Assembly: GCA_016930085.1 (NCBI GenBank)
Contig: JAFGHO010000067.1
Coordinates: 1,041 to 65,040 of the forward strand
From: Spirochaetales bacterium
GTDB lineage: Bacteria; Spirochaetota; Spirochaetia; SZUA-6; JAFGRV01
DNA length: 64,000 nt
Direction: 5' to 3'
Positions 37,337 to 46,858 of this stretch are shown here, one piece after another. A program made the translations under genes and the position numbers. Below the pieces are notes generated by a model. That model had not been told where the DNA came from. It saw only the letters and a program-made list of their open reading frames with translations, and did no database searches. Each line of letters starts with the position of its first letter. Within the stretch, counting starts at the first letter, position 1.

Positions 37337-37917
37337 ACGATGGTTCCTCCTTTTTGGAAAAATGTGGTGAAAAGAAAAACAAAAAGGAGTGCCGCAACGG
37401 AAAGGTGTTTCCGAAGACGGGCGATCACCCTCATGAACATCATCTTGCATGCGCCTTCGCTCTTTCCCATAATCTGGGCGATATCCCTGTACGGGAGTTC
37501 CTGCCAGACGCGGAGAATGAGAAGGTCGCGTTGTTCCGAGGGAAGTTTTTTCATCACCTTTTGCAGCTCCCTGAGATGTTCCCTGTTTTCCGTGTCGAGT
37601 TCGACATTCTGGCGCCCCGCGCAATCCCATACATCGTCGATGTCGACAGTCTTTCTGTGAGCTCGGTAATGATCGGTGACCAGATTCCGCGCTATCCGAT
37701 AGAGCCATGACGATATGCTTCCCTTCTCAGGATCGTATTGGGCCAGATGTTCGAGCGCCTTGAGAAATGTCGTTGCCGTGAGGTCTTCGGCGATTTCCCT
37801 GTGATATGTCTTGTAGTAGATAAACCGATATATTTTATCCGCATACATATCGTAGACGCTCCCGAACTCGTCCCGCTTCACTTTTGTCTTTCTTTTCGGA
37901 AATTCTATTACCTTCAT
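37333..37917 (-). CDS. ECF-type RNA polymerase sigma-70 factor
   Basis: Region 2 (DLTATTFLKALEHLAQYDP) and region 4 (LPSEQRDLLILRVWQELPYRDIAQIMGKSEGACKMMFMRV). Confidence 0.85.
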   Translation of the reverse strand: MKVIEFPKRKTKVKRDEFGSVYDMYADKIYRFIYYKTYHREIAEDLTATTFLKALEHLAQYDPEKGSISSWLYRIARNLVTDHYRAHRKTVDIDDVWDCAGRQNVELDTENREHLRELQKVMKKLPSEQRDLLILRVWQELPYRDIAQIMGKSEGACKMMFMRVIARLRKHLSVAALLFVFLFTTFFQKGGTIV

Positions 37918-38317
37918 CTCCTCTACTCCCTTATTGCACCGTGATAATGCCTGATATTTCGCCGGGTCCGATGATGCTTCACGATAACGGCCTGTTTAAT
38001 CAACGACTGGCCATTGGTCGATGATAAAGGCCGATTTGCCTTTCTACAGACGACCCGGCTGCAACCTGCGCCGGTTTTTTATATCCCTTGCAGTATATAC
38101 GGAAATTCGCAAAAAAGGTAACACGGAAAAAATGACATCACCAAAAACATGCTTTTCCGGTTTTTTATAACGCCTATAAATCATCATTGTATTGATCCGG
38201 GTACCGTTTTTTCTGCCGCAGGAGGTTTACGACCGTGATAAAAAAAGGTATATTTTGCCGGAAGACATTTTTTTCCCGTTTTCATTACACCGATATCAGG
38301 AGGAATCAGTCACCGTC

Positions 38318-38614
38318 ATGGTCCAGATGAACGCAATAATACGCAATGCAGCCGGCATCCATTGCCGGCCGTCTGCCTTGATTTTCAAACACACCGAGCA
38401 TTATAACGGAAAGATATTTCTATCGGTGGACGGAGAAAAAACGGAACTCACCTCGATTATGGATATTATCGCCCTTGGACTGCATAAAGGCGACATGGTC
38501 ATGATTCAGGTAAGCGGGCAGGGAGAGGATGAAATGATAAAACAACTTGCCTGCCTCTTTGAAACTTGTTTCGATTTTCCTCCCCGGGAAAAATCCGATC
38601 AAGGATCGTTGTAA
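38318..38614 (+). CDS. ptsH: HPr-family phosphocarrier protein
   Basis: NAAGIHCRPSA matches the HPr GLHARPA active-site region. RBS AGGAGG upstream. ~98 aa. Confidence 0.65.
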   Translation: MVQMNAIIRNAAGIHCRPSALIFKHTEHYNGKIFLSVDGEKTELTSIMDIIALGLHKGDMVMIQVSGQGEDEMIKQLACLFETCFDFPPREKSDQGSL

Positions 38615-39042
38615 AGAGAATCAGAAAGTACTCCTCCACATCGATCCGATTATGGATATATGGCGGGATTTCCAAAAAAAAGAGGGGATGAGAAGCTCCT
38701 TGTCGAATACAGGCGCTTCAGGCGGATACTCTTTCAGGTCCGGCAGGCAGGTTTTCTAATAGACGGCAGTCGCATTGTGTTTTCGGCCGGACCTGTTCAC
38801 AAGGGTTTCTTTTTCCGGTTTTTCATTTTCTTCATCCGATTCCCAATTGATACTGTTTTCCTGGATCTCTTTCATTATTATTGAAAACAGTACGATATCC
38901 TCGGATTTACCAGTCTTATTCATTTTTTCTCCAACTTCTTTTTTTTCGTTTATCAATGCCTTTTTTTAGTAAGCATCATATAAGCATCCGCTTCTCACCC
39001 CCCGGGGCTCTATTATAAATTACTACGTTCTGTGCCAAATGG

Positions 39043-39066
39043 AATCAGACTTTTGTCTGATTTTTA
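39043..39066 (+). terminator. Hairpin + T-run (AATCAGAC-tttt-GTCTGATT TTTTAT) in long intergenic region
   Basis: Perfect 8-bp stem followed by a T-run. About 430 nt downstream of HPr. Confidence 0.35.
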
Positions 39067-39077
39067 TATACAAATTA

Positions 39078-39093
39078 TTCCTTATATAAGGAA
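39078..39093. promoter_or_regulatory. Perfect 16-bp palindrome TTCCTTATATAAGGAA upstream of ppk2
   Basis: Identical to its own reverse complement. About 150 nt upstream of the PPK2 start. Confidence 0.35.
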
Positions 39094-39243
39094 TAAAATT
39101 ACCCGATATCATCCAGGCGATCACTATTGCCGGAAAATCGGCATTTACCGGATATGAATGATCGATAAGCGTCTTTCTTGAAAAAAGAATACGATCCGCT
39201 ATAATAAAAGTAACGCTGTGATGCAATAAAGGAGTGGAATTTT

Positions 39244-40053
39244 TTGAATAACGATATAAACACATTATGCGTAAAACCCGATGAAAAGGTGGATTTGAAC
39301 AAAAGAACGACCGTTTACAAAGGCGTGATGGAAAAAGAAGAGGGGAAGCGGAAGCTTAAAAAGCTGATCAGACAATTGCAGGACATGCAGGAGCTTCTCT
39401 ATGCGGATTCGGGCAGATCACTCCTGGTTGTTTTCCAGGCCATGGATGCCGGCGGAAAAGACTCGACGATCCGCCATGTTTTCGGTCCGCTTAATCCGCA
39501 GGGGTGCAGGGCTGTTTCATTCAAGGCCCCGACATCTTCCGAACTGGCGCACGATTTTCTCTGGCGTATTCACGGAAACCTTCCCCCGCGGGGCTATATC
39601 GGTGTTTTCAACAGATCCCATTATGAAGACGTCCTTGTCGTGAAGGTTAAAAAACTTGTCCCCGACACATTGATCGAGAAACGCTACGGGCATATCAACA
39701 ACTTTGAACGGCTGCTTCATGATGAAGGAACACGGATTCTCAAATTTTACCTTCACATTTCAAAGCGGTATCAGAAAAAACGGTTTGTACGGCGTCTTGA
39801 AAAAACGGAAAAACAATGGAAGTTCAATCCCGGTGATCTCGCGGAACGGAAACGGTGGGACGATTACATGAAGGCCTTCGAACAGGTTTTCAGGAGGTGT
39901 TCGACGAAATATGCGCCATGGTACATCATTCCCGCGGAAACGAGGTGGTTTCGTGATCTGGCGGTTGCGACGATTGTTGAATCGACCTTGCAGGATATGG
40001 AGCTTCGTTTCCCGAAACCGTCGTTCGATCCCTCATCGATTGTCATTCCTTGA
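39244..40053 (+). CDS. ppk2: Polyphosphate kinase 2 family (polyphosphate:nucleotide phosphotransferase)
   Basis: PPK2 Walker-A-like region LLVVFQAMDAGGKDSTIRHVF and lid/Walker-B (RSHYEDVLVVKV). TTG start at 39244 with RBS AAGGAG; alternative ATG at 39328. Confidence 0.8.
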   Translation: MNNDINTLCVKPDEKVDLNKRTTVYKGVMEKEEGKRKLKKLIRQLQDMQELLYADSGRSLLVVFQAMDAGGKDSTIRHVFGPLNPQGCRAVSFKAPTSSELAHDFLWRIHGNLPPRGYIGVFNRSHYEDVLVVKVKKLVPDTLIEKRYGHINNFERLLHDEGTRILKFYLHISKRYQKKRFVRRLEKTEKQWKFNPGDLAERKRWDDYMKAFEQVFRRCSTKYAPWYIIPAETRWFRDLAVATIVESTLQDMELRFPKPSFDPSSIVIP

Positions 40054-40130
40054 GAAAAAAAAGGAGGAAGAAACCCAAAGGTTTTCTTCCTCCCGATACA
40101 TCATGAACGATCATGACGGTCGATCAGTCA

Positions 40131-40274
40131 TCAGTAATTCTGGTTCTCGTTATCGTGATTTCCTTTCTGTTGCTTGTCCTTGATGAACCTGATGGCCTTA
40201 ACCACGACCGTATCGATCTGCGGTTTGAAAATATATCCGATAACGATACCGACTATTATTCCGAATAACATCAT
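40131..40274 (-). CDS. Small hydrophobic protein (47 aa), translationally coupled to hsp20
   Basis: ATGA overlap with the Hsp20 stop. Encodes MMLFGIIVGIVIGYIFKPQIDTVVVKAIRFIKDKQQKGNHDNENQNY, one TM then a basic/polar tail. Below the 60-aa ORF-track cutoff. Confidence 0.4.
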   Translation of the reverse strand: MMLFGIIVGIVIGYIFKPQIDTVVVKAIRFIKDKQQKGNHDNENQNY

Positions 40275-40786
40275 TCTTCCTCCTTCATAATATCTACCTT
40301 GATCCCTTCTTCCGATGAATAATCCTCCTTCGGAGGAACAACCACACGGAGAAGACCGTTTTTCAATTGAGCCGTGACCTTTTCGCGTTCAAACTTGCTG
40401 GCCGGCACATAATACTTCTGTTCGCTTACATCCTTGAGCTTAAGCCGCCGTTTGAAATAGCGCACGTTCTCCTTTGCCTTGAGTTCATCAGGGACTCGGG
40501 CGGATAGAACCATATAATCCCCCTTGAATTGCAGATCGATCCCTTTGTCGTCGAGTCCTGAAAGGGCGAACTCAAATACCATTTCCCTTTCATTTGTTAG
40601 ATAGACATTTGCAGGCGGGTAGGAATATGCAGGATAATAGTCTATGTTTTCGTCCCAGTGGAATTCGGTCTTGAACTCCCCGGGACCACAGGAAAAACCG
40701 TTCTTGAATGCATCCCTGAAGTTTTCCGCGGCTTCAAAGACTTCTTCAAGAATTCTGTTGAGGTCAAAGATAAAGCTTTCCTTCAT
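40271..40786 (-). CDS. Hsp20 / alpha-crystallin family small heat-shock protein
   Basis: RBS GGAGAGG. Alpha-crystallin domain (PANVYLTNEREMVFEFALSGLDDKGIDLQFKGDYMVLSA ... GLLRVVVP). Confidence 0.85.
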   Translation of the reverse strand: MKESFIFDLNRILEEVFEAAENFRDAFKNGFSCGPGEFKTEFHWDENIDYYPAYSYPPANVYLTNEREMVFEFALSGLDDKGIDLQFKGDYMVLSARVPDELKAKENVRYFKRRLKLKDVSEQKYYVPASKFEREKVTAQLKNGLLRVVVPPKEDYSSEEGIKVDIMKEEE

Positions 40787-41152
40787 ACAACACCTCTCCT
40801 TTAAGCGTGTTATCCGGTCCCCCATACGAGGCGACCCTTTTTGACACACAATAATCTCGGTTACCTTTGATTATCGGTCCTTACTATGTCAATCGGGAAA
40901 TATTCATTATCCCGAGCGAGTGCTTGAAAGCTCCTCATAGATAATATGCAAAATCCGTGCCGGATACTGATCCGCAGATATTTCATTATAATATAATAAA
41001 TTGCAGGAAGTCTGGCGATCGCGAATATTCAGACGGTTAAAATTTTGTAACATTCTGACACAATTACATAAAATCAGCAGAAAAACCGTGTTCTTTTGTT
41101 CTGCCTGCCGGTAACGGGCGTATGAAAAATATGCCTCCGTATACAACTTTAT

Positions 41153-41193
41153 TGAAAAAAAAACAGGGCCGTGCTTGAATGAACACGGCCCTG
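41153..41193 (-). terminator. Rho-independent terminator downstream of the small OMP gene
   Basis: CAGGGCCGTG-N10-CACGGCCCTG stem. A-run on the plus strand, so a T-run on the minus strand. Confidence 0.65.
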
Positions 41194-41224
41194 CTTGTTT
41201 AGCCTGACAGTTTACCTTTAACTG

Positions 41225-41752
41225 CTAGAAAATTTTGAAGAGGACCGATACACCCAGAAGCCCTTCGATGTTTTCCGGCTTGAATATATCGGCTGAATCT
41301 TCGCTGAGATCGATATCCATGAGGTAATTGAGTCCGATGGAAATTCCGCCGAGCATCACCTCGCCGCTCAGCTTGAGATTCATCCCCAGGTTGACTGTTT
41401 CCTCGAATCCCGGATCGCCCAGGTAGACGATTAGGTTCGGACCAAGACCCACTCCAAACCTGAAGATGAATATATCAAGCGCAATACCAAGATTGGTAAA
41501 CAGCTCGATGGAGCCTGGGTCGTCTTCATACCCGGGCTGGAAGAATGCGAAAGCCCCTGCCTGGAAGATACTCAGCTTCAAGCGGGTATCGAGTCCAAAG
41601 GTAAAATCATTCACCGAGAGTTCTTTCGCACCCGGCAGATCATCGGGCTCTGAAACATAGAAGTTGTAAAATGCTGTAGGCCCAATCTGGAAATCGGCAA
41701 ACGCTGCCAACGGTAACAAGAGAATTGCCAGGATAATTAGTATTCGTTGCAT
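41225..41752 (-). CDS. Small outer-membrane beta-barrel protein (OmpW/OmpA-like 8-strand type)
   Basis: Signal peptide (LLLPLAAFADF). Alternating hydrophobic strands. C-terminal ...VLFKIF aromatic terminus. Confidence 0.55.
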   Translation of the reverse strand: MQRILIILAILLLPLAAFADFQIGPTAFYNFYVSEPDDLPGAKELSVNDFTFGLDTRLKLSIFQAGAFAFFQPGYEDDPGSIELFTNLGIALDIFIFRFGVGLGPNLIVYLGDPGFEETVNLGMNLKLSGEVMLGGISIGLNYLMDIDLSEDSADIFKPENIEGLLGVSVLFKIF

Positions 41753-41884
41753 AATAAACCTCCTTACTAATGTAGTGGCGACAAGTACCTGCCTTAAATG
41801 GTAGCACTTTCTGATAAATTTTCAATCAATTACGGAAAGAATATATATAAAATACAAATTTTACACATATTCGCGAATCCCCGA

Positions 41885-42541
41885 TTACAGTATCCCGTTT
41901 TCCTGAAAGCTGAAATAGTCCTTTTGCGAGAAAATCACATGGTCGAGGAGGTCGATGCAGAGGATTTTTCCCGCGTTTTTGAGAAGACCGGTTACCTCCC
42001 TGTCTTCGGGACTCGGCATCACATTACCGCTCGGGTGATTATGTGCACAAATGATTGCCGCCGCTCTGTCGCCGAGCGGATCGGCAAAGACCTCCCTCGG
42101 GTGTACGACGGTTCTGTTGACAAGCCCGACCGAAACAACCCGTGCGGCGATCACCTCATGTGCCCCGTTCAACGAGATGCAGAGAAAGTATTCCTGCTTT
42201 CTGTCCGCGTAATGGCGGACAAGGGGAAGGATGTCCCGCGGAAAGCTAATCCTATGATGTCCGGGACAAAGTATCCTGCGCGAAAACTCGAAAGCCGCCG
42301 AAATGACGGACGCCCGGGCCGTTCCGAGTCCGCTGATTCCCTTGAGGGTGCACATTGTGGGGATGCCCCCGGTTGTATCGATAAGCCGTACGACTTCATC
42401 GGCAAGGGCCGCAACACCTTTTCCCCTGATACCGGACCCAATCAGTATCGCGACAAGCTCCCTGTCCGAAAGGTAAGCCGGGCCGTGGGCGGCCAGCCGT
42501 TCTCTGGGCCGGTTTTTCAGGGGGAGTTCTCTCACTTCCAT
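41885..42541 (-). CDS. radC: RadC-like JAB/MPN domain protein (UPF0758)
   Basis: N-terminal HhH (LSDRELVAILIGSG). JAMM motif HNHPSGNVMPSPED. RBS GAGGAG. Confidence 0.85.
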   Translation of the reverse strand: MEVRELPLKNRPRERLAAHGPAYLSDRELVAILIGSGIRGKGVAALADEVVRLIDTTGGIPTMCTLKGISGLGTARASVISAAFEFSRRILCPGHHRISFPRDILPLVRHYADRKQEYFLCISLNGAHEVIAARVVSVGLVNRTVVHPREVFADPLGDRAAAIICAHNHPSGNVMPSPEDREVTGLLKNAGKILCIDLLDHVIFSQKDYFSFQENGIL

Positions 42542-42733
42542 TTGTCGTCTCCTCTTCAAAGCTGGATTTTTATATACATTGACTATTAACGCCCGGAAAG
42601 TGTCCGTCACTTTGTTTTTTTTTGTATTTTTCGAATTTTTTTTTTCATATCCGTTACATCGGGTATAGGTGAAGAGGATTTTTAAAGTAATGCATGGAAG
42701 CTGTCCGGGAAATCTCCCGGACAGCCCTTATCC

Positions 42734-43207
42734 CTACAGTTTGGAGTTCGGATCCGAAGAAGGATCTTCACAAAGCGCGAGAAAATAGATGGATCGTGCT
42801 ATACTGAAAAACCGCTGGCTTGCAAGTTGTTTTACTTTCTTGATTTTAAATGCATCATAGAGGAGTGCAGCCTGCCGTTCACTCAATCCCTGAAGCGCTT
42901 CAAGTGGAGAATCGAGAATCTGCTTCAAGGTTTTTCCTTCATATGCCTTGTCGACCGCCTTATCGATATTGAAACTCGCATTTCCTCCGTGTCCCTCTTT
43001 CTCTGTTTTTTCCAGTTCCTGTATCGCCCATGCCCATTTGGCGAACCTGAGTTTCGAGAACTGCTCGACTGTGGAGATGCGGAAGGCCTCTTTCATTTTT
43101 GCCGCGTCCCCTTCGCTGACTCCCTGAATGGCGGACACCGGCTGTTTGAGGATTTCCCTCATTGACATCGACTCGAATTTCTTATCAACAGCATTTTTAA
43201 TGTTCAT
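42734..43207 (-). CDS. Hypothetical protein with two tandem helix-hairpin-helix-like repeats
   Basis: Internal duplication (ILKQPVSAIQGVSEGDAAKMKEAFRISTVEQFSKLRF / LKQILDSPLEALQGLSERQAALLYDAFKIKKVKQLASQRF). Confidence 0.45.
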   Translation of the reverse strand: MNIKNAVDKKFESMSMREILKQPVSAIQGVSEGDAAKMKEAFRISTVEQFSKLRFAKWAWAIQELEKTEKEGHGGNASFNIDKAVDKAYEGKTLKQILDSPLEALQGLSERQAALLYDAFKIKKVKQLASQRFFSIARSIYFLALCEDPSSDPNSKL

Positions 43208-43358
43208 TAAACACCTCCTTGAATGACATACTTTATTTATAATTAAAATGGCAGGAAATTACAAAGAATATTTTGATTTTTTTTGTGGTTATTTTATATT
43301 AATTTCTTACTTTTTGAGTCCCGATCGGTTACAATGACCGTATGAGACGAATACTATT

Positions 43359-44090
43359 GTGCTGGCCGCTCTTTTTTTTTTACTCGGGAACGGTGCGGGG
43401 TGCTGCGGGGTGAATGGTAAAGAAAAAAGTCCGCAGCTTCCCGAATGCAGATGTTTTGACGATGTGGTGCGGTATAACGGTATGACAGTCAGCATCGATG
43501 GATGGTATGAAGTCGAGCCGGTTCCCGGGGGGAAGCGCCTGCAGGCTGCTTCAATCGTGCTCGCCGACGGGACCCGGCTCATCCATTCCTACAGGCCGGT
43601 AAAGGAATTGTTCTGTTTTATCAACAGGCGGATTACGGTTACCGGGGTCGTCACGGTCGATTCGGGCCAGGGACCGGAGGTGCAGCAGGTGATGGCCCCC
43701 CATATCGGCATTGATACAATCTCCTTACATCCGGATGAAGAACCGTGCGGGGAAACACCCGTGAGGATTCCCGATCTCCCCTTTATCGAGAAAAAAGCCG
43801 ATATCGGAAAGTGGCATGACCGATGGGTGCATGTTTACGGCCGCCTATCCGGTCTCGACCTCCGTCCCCATGAATCACTCTGGGCGAATGCAACCCTCCT
43901 CTTGCACGACGGGACAACACTATGTTTTGAATGGGTTTCATTTTCCCGATGGTCGCCTTTTGTCGATTCGGACGTTACGGTGACTTTACTGCTTAAGCCG
44001 GAACGGGAGGAGAAGGGTGCGCTGTATTTCCGTGCCGGAAGAACGGCCGTTTGCAGCGGTAAAACGGCCCGGTGCGGCATGAATGACTGA
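43359..44090 (+). CDS. Hypothetical secreted/lipoprotein with internal two-fold repeat
   Basis: Hydrophobic N-terminus with GCCG. Two similar halves (…SIVLADGTRLIH… / …TLLLHDGTTLCFEW…). Confidence 0.45.
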   Translation: MLAALFFLLGNGAGCCGVNGKEKSPQLPECRCFDDVVRYNGMTVSIDGWYEVEPVPGGKRLQAASIVLADGTRLIHSYRPVKELFCFINRRITVTGVVTVDSGQGPEVQQVMAPHIGIDTISLHPDEEPCGETPVRIPDLPFIEKKADIGKWHDRWVHVYGRLSGLDLRPHESLWANATLLLHDGTTLCFEWVSFSRWSPFVDSDVTVTLLLKPEREEKGALYFRAGRTAVCSGKTARCGMND

Positions 44091-44173
44091 AAGATTCGGA
44101 TATACCGTGAGTACAGCGTCTCTTGTAAAAAGTCCGGGGGCGTATATACTGTATAGACAGAGAGAGAAACGAG

Positions 44174-44743
44174 ATGCCGACTAAAATAACTTTTTATCCG
44201 AATGGTACCTGGGAAGGAGGAGCGAGAATTCCTCCCGTGCTGCAGGACATGTCCGATCTTTCCGAATGGATACGCCATTTTCTCAAGGAATATAAAAACC
44301 TGGGGAAATTATATGCGAAATATTTTACGAATGACGGAGAACTCATTGGTCAGGAAAAGGCGAATCTCGTGAGTGCCCTTGACGGTATTATCGGCGGGCT
44401 TTTACTTCTCCGCAGGTACGTCACGCTAAACACCCCCCTTCATTTCGAATCCCTCGACAACTCGTATAATTTCTGGTTTGAAATAAAGCTCGACACGCTC
44501 AACTGGCGCGGAAGGGGTAAGATGAGCAACAGGTATACATTCAACATTTCCAGTTTCGCCCACTGGTACGGCAATACCATGATTCAGAAAATACAGCAGG
44601 TTTTCAGGGATTATTCCAGGGCCATGGAGGACGGGAAACTTACCACGGAGGAACGCAACGGCCTTATCCGATTTATCGAAGTTATTATTTTCGATATTCT
44701 CGTCATTGAGAAAGTACTTATCGCCACCGATATACACCGGTAA
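44174..44743 (+). CDS. Hypothetical protein
   Basis: 189-aa ORF. No recognisable domain. Confidence 0.45.
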   Translation: MPTKITFYPNGTWEGGARIPPVLQDMSDLSEWIRHFLKEYKNLGKLYAKYFTNDGELIGQEKANLVSALDGIIGGLLLLRRYVTLNTPLHFESLDNSYNFWFEIKLDTLNWRGRGKMSNRYTFNISSFAHWYGNTMIQKIQQVFRDYSRAMEDGKLTTEERNGLIRFIEVIIFDILVIEKVLIATDIHR

Positions 44744-44801
44744 TGATTGCTTATGGCGATTTCTTCTTTTATATCTATTTTATAAAGAGGAGCAGTGAAA
44801 A

Positions 44802-45137
44802 ATGAGGGAACGAAGACGCTTCCGGCGGCTGGAGCTTGATGTATTGGTGAATTTCTCGGAAAAAGCGCGGGCCCGCGCCAAAAATATCAGTCTGCTCGGG
44901 ATCTGTATCATCACCAATATCCCCTTTCATGCCGGAGTTTATCTGAATCTCCTTATTACCCTTCCGGATACTACAACGATTGAAACATTGGGCAGAGTGA
45001 TCTGGCAGAGAAAAATCAAACCGGATGAATACGAGAATGGAATCGAGTTTTATAATATAAACCCGAATGAAAAAAATAAGCTGGATGACTTTATCAGGGG
45101 ATATAATGCGGAGAAGGGGAACGGATCCTCTTGCTGA
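44802..45137 (+). CDS. PilZ domain protein (c-di-GMP receptor), paralog 1
   Basis: N-terminal RRRFRRLELD (RxxxR) and NISLLGICI (DxSxxG-type) PilZ motifs. RBS AGAGGAG. Confidence 0.7.
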   Translation: MRERRRFRRLELDVLVNFSEKARARAKNISLLGICIITNIPFHAGVYLNLLITLPDTTTIETLGRVIWQRKIKPDEYENGIEFYNINPNEKNKLDDFIRGYNAEKGNGSSC

Positions 45138-45301
45138 CGAACAGGCAGGGCATGTTACGGCATCGTCACTTCCCCCAATCCGGCTTGAGAATACCCGACT
45201 GGTATTGGAATATGAATATTCATCTTTTATTTTTGTCTTGATTAAAATCGTTTTCTGAATTAGTATCCTGACAATAAATGCAATGTGAAGAGTAAAGGCG
45301 G

Positions 45302-45715
45302 GTGAAAATGGGAAATGCCGAACAAGAACATCAGCGTGATGAGGTAAGCACCCTCACGGGCGGCAGAAAAAAAACGATCAAAAGCTCGGAATTGCTGCTC
45401 AATAAAGCCGTTCTTCTTGTACTTTCGGAGAAAGAATTCGGAAATGCCTTTGTTATCCGGAAACGTGAGGTTGTCGTCGGGCGCAATAAAAGCTGTGATT
45501 TTACGATTGACGATCCGCTTGTGAGTAATGAGCACTGCAAAATTACGAGTGGTGAAGACGGCAGGTTTTGTATTGAAGATCTACATTCGACGAACGCCAC
45601 CTTTATCAACAGGAAAAAACTCAAAAAAAAAGAACACCTGCTTTATGGAGACAGGATCGTTATCGGTGACACGATTATCCGTTTTTATCTCGAAGAGCAG
45701 ATAGAAGAAAAATGA
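45302..45715 (+). CDS. FHA domain protein
   Basis: FHA core: VVVGRNKSCDFTIDDPLVSNEHCKIT...STNATFINRKKL. Confidence 0.7.
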   Translation: MKMGNAEQEHQRDEVSTLTGGRKKTIKSSELLLNKAVLLVLSEKEFGNAFVIRKREVVVGRNKSCDFTIDDPLVSNEHCKITSGEDGRFCIEDLHSTNATFINRKKLKKKEHLLYGDRIVIGDTIIRFYLEEQIEEK

Positions 45716-45984
45716 GGGCACTTCCCCAAATTTACCGTGCAGGTTTTGGGAAGGATCCTTAGGAAATAATGCCCGATTACGCCTCATTTTCGGGAAATTC
45801 TTATGGCCGTTTGTAAATAAAACTAGTATATTTTAATCGGACGGAAAATGTGAAGAAAAAGTAACGGGGCCGTGAAGTGGGGCGCCCTGTTTTTATCTTT
45901 TAATACGAAAAAAGCAGAAAAATTAATTACTCATGTCCGGTGATGGATAAAACGGGAACGTTCGTTTAATAAAGGAGTTTATGT

Positions 45985-46338
45985 GTGCGGTATAATGTCA
46001 AGTATCCTTATGATTCTGAATCCGGGAACATTCGTATGAAAGAAAAACGGCGATTTGAGAGGGTCAGCCTCGATACCTATGCCAATTATTCGAGTGACAA
46101 AAGGGCACAGGTCAAGAATATCAGCCAGGGTGGGCTTTGTATCACCACCGACCACTTTATCTCAAAGGGTACATTACTTTTCCTGGTTGTTTCGCTTTCC
46201 CGAAAGGGTATGATTCAGGTGATCGGCGAGTCTGTATGGTGCAGAAAAAAGGGAGAAGGAGTCTATGAAAACGGAATTTCCTTCTTCTGTTTGGATGATT
46301 TTAATGTGCGGAAGCTGAAAGAGTATATCGGGTCATAG
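45985..46338 (+). CDS. PilZ domain protein, paralog 2
   Basis: KRRFERVSLD ... NISQGGLCI. GTG at 45985 with RBS AAAGGAG; alternative ATG at 46036 gives MKEKRRFERV, parallel to paralog 1. Confidence 0.65.
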   Translation: MRYNVKYPYDSESGNIRMKEKRRFERVSLDTYANYSSDKRAQVKNISQGGLCITTDHFISKGTLLFLVVSLSRKGMIQVIGESVWCRKKGEGVYENGISFFCLDDFNVRKLKEYIGS

Positions 46339-46858
46339 GCCGTCGGAGAATTGTCCGGAGGAGAAAGGTGGATTTTTTTCCGGCATTTTATTGTTTTTTG
46401 AACGAAAGACACAACCGGAAAGCACGGTGTTTCGGCGGTACCGGTATAAATCATGTAAAAAAGTCTGTTTTCCTCTTGAATAATGGAAATGCATGAACAA
46501 CAATATTAGTGGGGGTTCGTGGCGTGGTAATAGAGAAGCCGCGCCGTGTATGTATGGGGCAAGGATATACGGGAGAGAACCGCCGTACCGGTATGAATAT
46601 CTGCGACTGGTGCATCGGGATAACTGCCTGTATATGGAGAGAATTGGGTGTGTGCAGGAAGGAGTCGAGAAACCTAATGACATAACGCAATAGCAATAAA
46701 GCCATCGACATGACGCTTTTTCACAGGTCTTGATGAAAGAAGGAAAGACCACCGCGTGAAGGGAGGGGCCGGGGAGAAGCGACATGCAGGTGTAGCCGGG
46801 GTTTTATCCGGCAGGATAGAACATTATGGTTATATATCAAGGAGAGGAGGAATTACTA

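Noticed and set aside
40787-40960. Search for sigma32 / CIRCE heat-shock control elements upstream of hsp20
   Set aside because: CTTGAAA and CCCCCAT-like strings occur, but in the wrong order and orientation for the minus-strand hsp20. No TTAGCACTC-N9-GAGTGCTAA CIRCE is present.
46333-46785. 150-aa minus-strand ORF in the long PilZ intergenic spacer
   Set aside because: Cys/Ser/Pro-rich improbable translation. Opposite to all neighbouring genes. More likely non-coding spacer (possible regulatory RNA region).
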